Source: a virus (lineage: Duplodnaviria; Caudoviricetes). Taken from it: DNA of 37,134 nt. Numbering within the stretch: position 1 is the first letter of the stretch; each line of letters starts with the position of its first letter. This document shows positions 31,374 through 37,134 of the stretch, piece after piece. A program made the position numbers and the translations under genes. A model generated the notes under the pieces. The model saw only the letters and a list, made by a program, of their open reading frames with translations, did not search any database and was not told the origin of the DNA. The DNA lies in the IMG/VR virus record IMGVR_UViG_3300004241_000028, positions 1 through 37,134 of that record. One strand, given 5' to 3'.

Positions 31374-33758
31374 CTACCTTTCCAGTTCTTTCATTTGGCG
31401 TTTAGCCTGAACCTGATCCCCGACTGCTTCGGCCGCCTTTGCCGTTACCGCTGATAGTATCCATGTATCAAGCTGATCGGTTGCCATAGGCAATTTCACC
31501 GTCTTGGCGAACGACTGGAACGCGCCGGATCGTGCAAGCGCCTTTGCCTGCGCCGGGGTTATTGTGTCGGTTTTTCCGGCGTTGACGATCAAGTCCTGGA
31601 ACTCGCTGCTCCTGAACAGTTTCCCGACGGCTTCCAGTTTTGCCTTTTCTCCGCGTGTCAGAGATTCTACAATCGCGCTTGATATTCCAGCGCCAGTCGA
31701 CGCTCCGAACACTCCACCGCCAAGACCGCTACCGATTGCGGCTCCTCCGGCCGCGACCGCCCCTCGGCCTATTACACTACTGAGCGCCTTCTCAACGAGG
31801 TTCTGCGCCGTCAAGCCTTGCAATAGCGCCTGATTCGCTTTACCTGTTGATAGCACTGCGGCCCTTGCGTCGGTCAATCGTTTCGATACTTCGTACAAGT
31901 CACGGAGTACGGCGTCCGATTCAGGGCCGAGATTCTTGACGACTTGCTTGTATACTTCCTTGTTCGCCCGTAGCCCTTGGTACATCTTGGCGAACTCGGA
32001 GAACCCGAATTGTCCCTTGGTTGCCCCTGCCCCGGAACGCGCGATTGAAGCAAGAGCCGTCGCTGTGACTTCTTTTTTCAGGTCGTCCGGCACCGAGTCC
32101 ATGAGGCGGGTAAACTCTCCCGTTCCGCCCTTGGCCGAAGACGTTATAGCCATCCGCATCTTGTCCGCTATTGAACCGGAAAAGTCCTTGCCGAATAGAT
32201 CGACTATTTTCTTGCCTATCTCTCGCTCTTTGCCGTACATGAGATTGGCGGAAATAAGTTGTTCCTTGAGTTCAGGGCTTCCAATGTTCCCCACAGTGTC
32301 AAGCTGATCCTCGGCAAGCGATCCGTACAGGCGCTTGAGCGCTCCGGCTTCCATGTTGCCATACGGCGAGTCTTTCTTGGCTATCGCCTGCCCGATAAGA
32401 TTCTTTTCGCGCTGTAGCCGGCCATATGTCGTAGTAGGATCGGCCACCATGTCGAGGAGCTTCTTTTCTTGCGGGGACATTCCATCTGCCCCGACTTCAG
32501 TAGCTATATCGGCAAGTAAAGCCTTCGTGCTGTCAAACGTCGCCGGCGTGGATTTCGGGACGGCCGCGTCGATCTCGTCGTATATCACCGTTGCGGCGTC
32601 TTTCAATTCTTTCTTGGCCGCCATGAGCGAATCCTTGACGCGGGCAGACGCAACCGCAGGAGCCGGTGCACCTTCGATGAAGGTCGCCCCAAACTCGTCA
32701 AGCACTTGGTCCGCACGCTCGACGGAATTCTTTACCGTTCCGCGCCACGCGGCTTCTTCCGTGCCTCCTACGATGCTACGGCCAAGCCCTGCGGCAGACC
32801 GTACCTGCTCGTTGTCCGAGAATACATCGGCGGGAAGTTCTATTTCAAGCCTGCGTGCTGCCTCGCGTGCCTGCGGATTTATTGCTGCAAGTTCGGCGAC
32901 TGTTTTCTTGGCAACCTTGTCACCCGATGCGGCTTTGCGGATGACGTTTCCGATATCATCCTCTGATTGAGTCGCGGCTGTTTTTATAGCGGTTGCTGGT
33001 GAAGCGAGGCGGGAGGCTCCGATACCGGCCCCGAGTCCGATGGCCGCCTGTGCAAGAGGACTCGCCCCCTGCTGCTCGGCTACTTTCGAGGCCCCCATTG
33101 AAGCGGCCGATCCTGCAAGGTCGGAGGCGGGATTAAAGGCAAGGGTTCGACCTATGGCGGCTATCTTGGAAGGGTCAGCGGTTGCCGCGAGCGCCGTTGA
33201 AGGCCCGAACGTCGCGCCAAGTTTCACTGGTGCACTCAACGCCGCGCCAGTTCCCAGCCCCGCCGCGCTTGATCCAAGCCCCATGGTCAGCGACTCTAGA
33301 ACTTCCTGCGCCTTCGTCTGCGGATCCTTTACGCCCAACTTTGCGAACATAGCCTCGATGCCTTGGCTCGGCGGTAACTGCTGATATTCTTCAGGTAGTA
33401 TTTTGTTTACTAGCGCGGTCAATGGGTCCCATACCATGGTCGGAAGCGACATTGCGCCTTTGACGAATCCACGCGCGGCGACTCCGGCATTCTGTGGAAG
33501 CTCGGCTATCGCCTGCCCGGCTATCTGTAAAGGCGTGGGTTTCGGAGCTTCTACCGCCGCGCTCGGGGCCTGTCGCGCTGCCGCCGATAGCATGGCCTCT
33601 TCTCCGCTAGGCTGTGCGCTAAACGTTCCGGTCGTCTGGCCGGCCGCTTTCATCTGCTTGTACTGCTCATACAAACGCGGATCGTTTTTCGGCACGTCTT
33701 CGGGGATGCCGGTTATGAGCGTCCCGTCCTTGGCCTTGTAGGTATATGTCCCGCTCAA
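31374..33758 (-). CDS. Large DNA ejection (internal virion) protein, P22 gp16 position
   Basis: 794 aa, Ala/Gly-rich helical, third of three ejection-type genes before the tail fibre. Confidence 0.75.
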   Translation of the reverse strand: MSGTYTYKAKDGTLITGIPEDVPKNDPRLYEQYKQMKAAGQTTGTFSAQPSGEEAMLSAAARQAPSAAVEAPKPTPLQIAGQAIAELPQNAGVAARGFVKGAMSLPTMVWDPLTALVNKILPEEYQQLPPSQGIEAMFAKLGVKDPQTKAQEVLESLTMGLGSSAAGLGTGAALSAPVKLGATFGPSTALAATADPSKIAAIGRTLAFNPASDLAGSAASMGASKVAEQQGASPLAQAAIGLGAGIGASRLASPATAIKTAATQSEDDIGNVIRKAASGDKVAKKTVAELAAINPQAREAARRLEIELPADVFSDNEQVRSAAGLGRSIVGGTEEAAWRGTVKNSVERADQVLDEFGATFIEGAPAPAVASARVKDSLMAAKKELKDAATVIYDEIDAAVPKSTPATFDSTKALLADIATEVGADGMSPQEKKLLDMVADPTTTYGRLQREKNLIGQAIAKKDSPYGNMEAGALKRLYGSLAEDQLDTVGNIGSPELKEQLISANLMYGKEREIGKKIVDLFGKDFSGSIADKMRMAITSSAKGGTGEFTRLMDSVPDDLKKEVTATALASIARSGAGATKGQFGFSEFAKMYQGLRANKEVYKQVVKNLGPESDAVLRDLYEVSKRLTDARAAVLSTGKANQALLQGLTAQNLVEKALSSVIGRGAVAAGGAAIGSGLGGGVFGASTGAGISSAIVESLTRGEKAKLEAVGKLFRSSEFQDLIVNAGKTDTITPAQAKALARSGAFQSFAKTVKLPMATDQLDTWILSAVTAKAAEAVGDQVQAKRQMKELER

Positions 33759-35056
33759 AAGTCACCTCCCACTATCGGCTCTGGGACCGATGCTGTACCG
33801 CCTGACTCCGGCTGATACGATGCTACGCTTTTCGGATATTCACGCTGGAGACCGGCAAGGTCAAGGCTATTGATCTTAACCGCCTCGCCGGGGAACCTTG
33901 AGACTATATACGCTTTGAGCGCCGCTACGTCGTCGATTGGCGCGGATGTAGCTGCCTCCCCTGCTTTCGGTTTATCCTGCGCCATTGTACCGAATACGTT
34001 GTCAGGATTAAGCCCGTAGTTTTTAACTATCGATCTCACGCCTTTGAGCTGATCTTCGGCTTGTTTTTTCGCATTTTCCATGAAGCTTTTTGAAAGTGTA
34101 GCAAATTCGATGCGTTGGCCAGGTGTAAGAATATCTCCTGTAGTTGGCTTTTCTTTCAATACTTTGAGCTGGTCTAGTAAACCTCCGGATTTTGATGCCG
34201 CCTGATAATCCTGCTCTGTAACGATACCAGGACTTAACTGGCGCATGAATGCGTTAACTATTGCCAAGTCTCCTACACCATTTCCCATGTCCGCGCCTGA
34301 TTTAATATTATTAAATGCCGTCTGCGCCGCCAGCATTGAAGCCATGCGAGTATTAACCGTATTGTTGAGCTGTATTTCAATGGAGACTATCTTTTCAGGA
34401 GTAAGCCCGCCGTGAGCTTTCAGGCTGGCAAGATCGTTGCCTATTGCATCGATCTCCGCCTTCGCGTCCGCTCTCGTTGTCTCCCGATATTTCGCGTATG
34501 CGTCCATTGCATCCTTGCCACCGGGCATGCCCGATATGGTAGTCCCGAACGTAACCGCGACCATCCCCGGCCCTTTGTCGCCGGCGTTGAACATTTCGAT
34601 CATCGACTGATACTTTTTGGCGCTGTCCTCGTCCTTCGCGTTCAAGGCCGCATTCCTGCGCTCTTCCAGCAGATTAAGCCCGGCCTTGGGATCGCCGGAA
34701 GTAAGACCTGCGAATATCCGCATGGACTCATTGAGCGCGGTCTGTTGCTGTTCGGTGTCGACCATTCCCCACGTCTTGATTATTCTTTCGCTGTTCGCCG
34801 GATCGAGCATCGCCAGTCTGTTGTAATTCTCCCACGTCGGGATCGCTATGGCCTGTTCGTACAGTCCTTTGATTTCAGCGTCCCGCGCCGACTTCTGCTC
34901 TGCCGCGATTCGCGCATCTTCCGTAGCCTGCTGAGACGCGAGACGCTGATCGCGGAACTGCCCGAGCTGTGCGAGCTGGCCGCCCATCTGGAGCATCTGC
35001 TGTATCGAGTCGGACGGATTGATGAATCCGGCGGTGTAGTTTATCGGAGCTGGCAT
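33755..35056 (-). CDS. DNA ejection protein, P22 gp20 position (start MPAPINY)
   Basis: TGATG coupling to the gp7-like stop; Gln-rich N-terminus; the upstream part of the 672-aa ORF merely overlaps the gp7-like gene. Confidence 0.75.
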   Translation of the reverse strand: MPAPINYTAGFINPSDSIQQMLQMGGQLAQLGQFRDQRLASQQATEDARIAAEQKSARDAEIKGLYEQAIAIPTWENYNRLAMLDPANSERIIKTWGMVDTEQQQTALNESMRIFAGLTSGDPKAGLNLLEERRNAALNAKDEDSAKKYQSMIEMFNAGDKGPGMVAVTFGTTISGMPGGKDAMDAYAKYRETTRADAKAEIDAIGNDLASLKAHGGLTPEKIVSIEIQLNNTVNTRMASMLAAQTAFNNIKSGADMGNGVGDLAIVNAFMRQLSPGIVTEQDYQAASKSGGLLDQLKVLKEKPTTGDILTPGQRIEFATLSKSFMENAKKQAEDQLKGVRSIVKNYGLNPDNVFGTMAQDKPKAGEAATSAPIDDVAALKAYIVSRFPGEAVKINSLDLAGLQREYPKSVASYQPESGGTASVPEPIVGGDF

Positions 35057-35691
35057 CAGAATACCCCCAGTTTGTTCAGGCCGTACAAGCCGGCGTATTG
35101 TGCCGCTGTGTTGAACGGAGCCGCCGCCGCCTGTCCTAGTGCAAGCTGTCCGCCTGCCACCGCTGCGCCCTGCTGCCCGAGAAGGTCGGCAACCTGCGCC
35201 CCGCTCTGTATCCCTGCCGCGCCTACGCCAGCCGCCGAAGCCTGCCCCATTTGGGTAATCCCCCCGAGCCGTCCATACTGCTGATTGATAAGGTTTGAAA
35301 GCATCTGCGGCCTGAACTGTGCAAGTGCGCTTTGCGTATTTCCGCCGCGGAGTCCTCCGGTCGCCGAGCCCTGCTGGAGTATGGCGTTCTCGCCCTGCTG
35401 TGTCATCGCCAGCATTTCCGGGCTTGCGCTTATCCCCTCGATGGCGGCCCTCTGCGCATCGGCACCGTTCAATCCCGCGAGGTCCTGCTGCGCCGTGAGC
35501 GATTGATTGCCAGCCTGAACGTATGGATTGAGAAGCGCCTGCATGGCGTCGAACTGTCGGCGGGTTTCGTCTATGCCACCCTGCGCCGCCTCGGCCTGAG
35601 TATCGGCGGCCTTGTCTGCTGAATATGCGTTTATGACGGATGATACAATAGTCGCCCCGCCTACTATGGCACCTGCTATCAATGCGCTCAT
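35056..35691 (-). CDS. DNA transfer/ejection protein (P22 gp7-like)
   Basis: AQGGIDETRRQFD....L.PYVQAG, ATGGLRGGNTQSALAQ; Gly/Ala/Gln-rich. Confidence 0.85.
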   Translation of the reverse strand: MSALIAGAIVGGATIVSSVINAYSADKAADTQAEAAQGGIDETRRQFDAMQALLNPYVQAGNQSLTAQQDLAGLNGADAQRAAIEGISASPEMLAMTQQGENAILQQGSATGGLRGGNTQSALAQFRPQMLSNLINQQYGRLGGITQMGQASAAGVGAAGIQSGAQVADLLGQQGAAVAGGQLALGQAAAAPFNTAAQYAGLYGLNKLGVF

Positions 35692-36149
35692 GCGGTTGCC
35701 TCCAGTTCGTTCTTCGCCAATATGTCGAGTATATCATCAGGCGGGGGAACAGTGATATGATCCCATAAATCATCAGGCTCGCGCAACTCGTCCGGGTTCG
35801 CGTGGAACGTCGTCACGGTCGTATCTTCGAGCGCCAGCCCGAGCCGCTTCGATCCCGCCTTGCTTGCCGCCATGAATCCGGCTTTTGCTTCTATCGGTTC
35901 GTCATCGGTTGTAATCAATATCCGCCCGGTGCGGACAATGAAGAAGCATTCATCTTTATGAACCGCCCCGGTCAGCATGACGCCCGCCGGGATGGTGATG
36001 CTACGGGCATAGATACCATGCGCGAACTGATGGTCCACCGGCATTTCAACCTGCGGGAGCGTAAGCAGATATTGTTCGATGCGGTAGATAGGCAGGTGAT
36101 TAGGGTTTACGCCTGTCTCGCATTTGGTTGTGACGCTATTTGCTTCCAA
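35688..36149 (-). CDS. Cupin-like protein in the tail operon (probable TTG start)
   Basis: HQFAHGIYARSITIPAGVMLTGAVHK..FFIV..G.ILI cupin pattern; GGGAG RBS 8 nt before TTG 36149. Confidence 0.7.
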   Translation of the reverse strand: MEANSVTTKCETGVNPNHLPIYRIEQYLLTLPQVEMPVDHQFAHGIYARSITIPAGVMLTGAVHKDECFFIVRTGRILITTDDEPIEAKAGFMAASKAGSKRLGLALEDTTVTTFHANPDELREPDDLWDHITVPPPDDILDILAKNELEATA

Positions 36150-36825
36150 TGTTCCTGCTCCCCAAAGTGTCAAGTTGAACATGCAATTGCAACATCGGTA
36201 TCCACGGATTATTGGTCGGTGCCGCTCCGACGGCCGCCACTCTTTTCAAGCGTGCGACCACGTGACTTCCTATCTTGATTGCAGGCGTGAAGCTCGTCAA
36301 GTTCACAATCATCATCGTCTTGCTCGGAGTATTGGCCGGTATCAAGATGTCCGGCGTGGTGAATACTGCTGGCCACGTCCATACGCCATTGACATCGGCA
36401 TATCCGTATTCAAGCTCGAAGCGCACGTATTTATTCGCAACGTCAAGTCCGTTTGTCGTCAGGTGCAAATGCCAGAATACTTCCGAGCCTTCCTTCCAGC
36501 TATGAATCATCTCCTGTGATTCGCATACGTTGTAATCATTCACGGCCCATTGTGGCATGGATATATTGCCATTGATGACCGCAAGCGATGGGATACCGGC
36601 GGCAACCGTCCTGACGATTATCGGAAAGTCGATGTCTACCCACGGATTGACGCCGTATTCCCATTGCTGCGTCGTCGCGTTGTATTGAAGCAAGTCAAGG
36701 TCGCGGCTGTTCCCGAGCAGCACGGTATTGAGCAGGGCGACGAGCTTCTCGAATTCCTTGATGCTCCTGAAATCCTTGAACGCTTCCTGAAGCTGTGGGC
36801 GGGAGAACGATAGTTGTTCGCTCAT
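36136..36825 (-). CDS. Tail protein at the needle (gp26) position with a globular C-terminal domain
   Basis: Directly follows the gp10-like gene (ATGA overlap); short helical N-terminus then beta-rich domain. Confidence 0.6.
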   Translation of the reverse strand: MSEQLSFSRPQLQEAFKDFRSIKEFEKLVALLNTVLLGNSRDLDLLQYNATTQQWEYGVNPWVDIDFPIIVRTVAAGIPSLAVINGNISMPQWAVNDYNVCESQEMIHSWKEGSEVFWHLHLTTNGLDVANKYVRFELEYGYADVNGVWTWPAVFTTPDILIPANTPSKTMMIVNLTSFTPAIKIGSHVVARLKRVAAVGAAPTNNPWIPMLQLHVQLDTLGSRNIGSK

Positions 36826-37134
36826 ACCGTAAGGGGCTCTATCCCCATTTCAAGCCGCGCCACCGAAATCAAGGCCCGGCTGTCGCCAGTGAACCGCTGG
36901 ATGCGCCAGTTTGACAAGTGCCCCTGGTGCCACCACGAAAGCCGGCGGGTACGGTCGCCGAGCATCCCGACCTTGATCGGCCGGTCATGGCTCCACGTCA
37001 TGCCGTCGACAGAATAGCTTGTTGAGATGTATGGATCTTCACCGGCTTCGACGCGCCCGGTCAGGCAGACAAGTTCCAGCATGTTAATCAAAGCCCCGTG
37101 GCCTTCGTTGTACGCGATCCCCGTGCCGAACTCC
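36822..37134 (-). CDS. Tail hub (P22 gp10-like), 3' part continuing from position 1
   Basis: EFGTGIAYNEGHGALINMLELVCLTGRV..STSYSVDG.TWS...RL.WW.QG; joined length about 465 aa. Confidence 0.88.
   Translation of the reverse strand, partial: EFGTGIAYNEGHGALINMLELVCLTGRVEAGEDPYISTSYSVDGMTWSHDRPIKVGMLGDRTRRLSWWHQGHLSNWRIQRFTGDSRALISVARLEMGIEPLTV

Larger units (their letters stand above)
1..37134. mobile_element. P22-like tailed phage genome, apparently complete and circularly permuted
   Basis: P22-type gene order terS-terL-portal-scaffold-coat-gp4-gp10-needle-ejection-tailspike; gp10-like ORF continues in frame across the window ends; no recognisable host genes. Confidence 0.93.

Noticed and set aside
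31504-35284. Long plus-strand ORFs opposite the ejection genes (e.g. 32335..32970, 34412..35284)
   Set aside because: Typical antisense open frames of GC-rich coding DNA
35057-35773. N-terminal 239 aa of the 672-aa ORF 33755..35773
   Set aside because: Arg-rich off-frame overlap of the gp7-like gene; the real start is ATG 35056, coupled to the gp7 stop
1-37134. Alternative genetic code or stop-codon reassignment
   Set aside because: Core genes are full length in the standard code, and TAA, TAG and TGA all serve as stops

Overview
This window is almost certainly a complete or near-complete circularly permuted genome of a ~37 kb P22-like (short-tailed, podovirus-type) phage. The tail-hub gene (P22 gp10-like) is cut by the window ends and rejoins in frame across 1/37134. 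One long minus-strand arm runs from an AT-rich divergent control region (~17.4-17.55 kb) through SSB-like, antirepressor, replication initiator, terS/terL, portal, scaffold, coat, two paralogous decoration-like genes, gp4, gp10, ejection proteins, tail fibre and a lipoprotein. Plus-strand arms carry small early genes (17.6-19.2 kb) and a 21-29.3 kb block: RHH regulator, MazG-like, VRR-NUC, exported SLT, helicase-methyltransferase fusion, RecT, exonuclease, YopX and a second RHH. An isolated minus-strand lysis island sits at 19.3-20.8 kb. I recognised no integrase, CI-type repressor, partition genes or DNA polymerase. Most notable: (1) a circularly permuted M23 endolysin, (2) a C4-type antisense RNA with matching target hairpins before the antirepressor, (3) a coat-gene leader able to form a Shine-Dalgarno-sequestering pseudoknot, (4) a three-gene fibre-like module between portal and scaffold, (5) a tRNA-like element at the end of the lysis island. 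Family calls come from motif recognition by eye; no database search was run.
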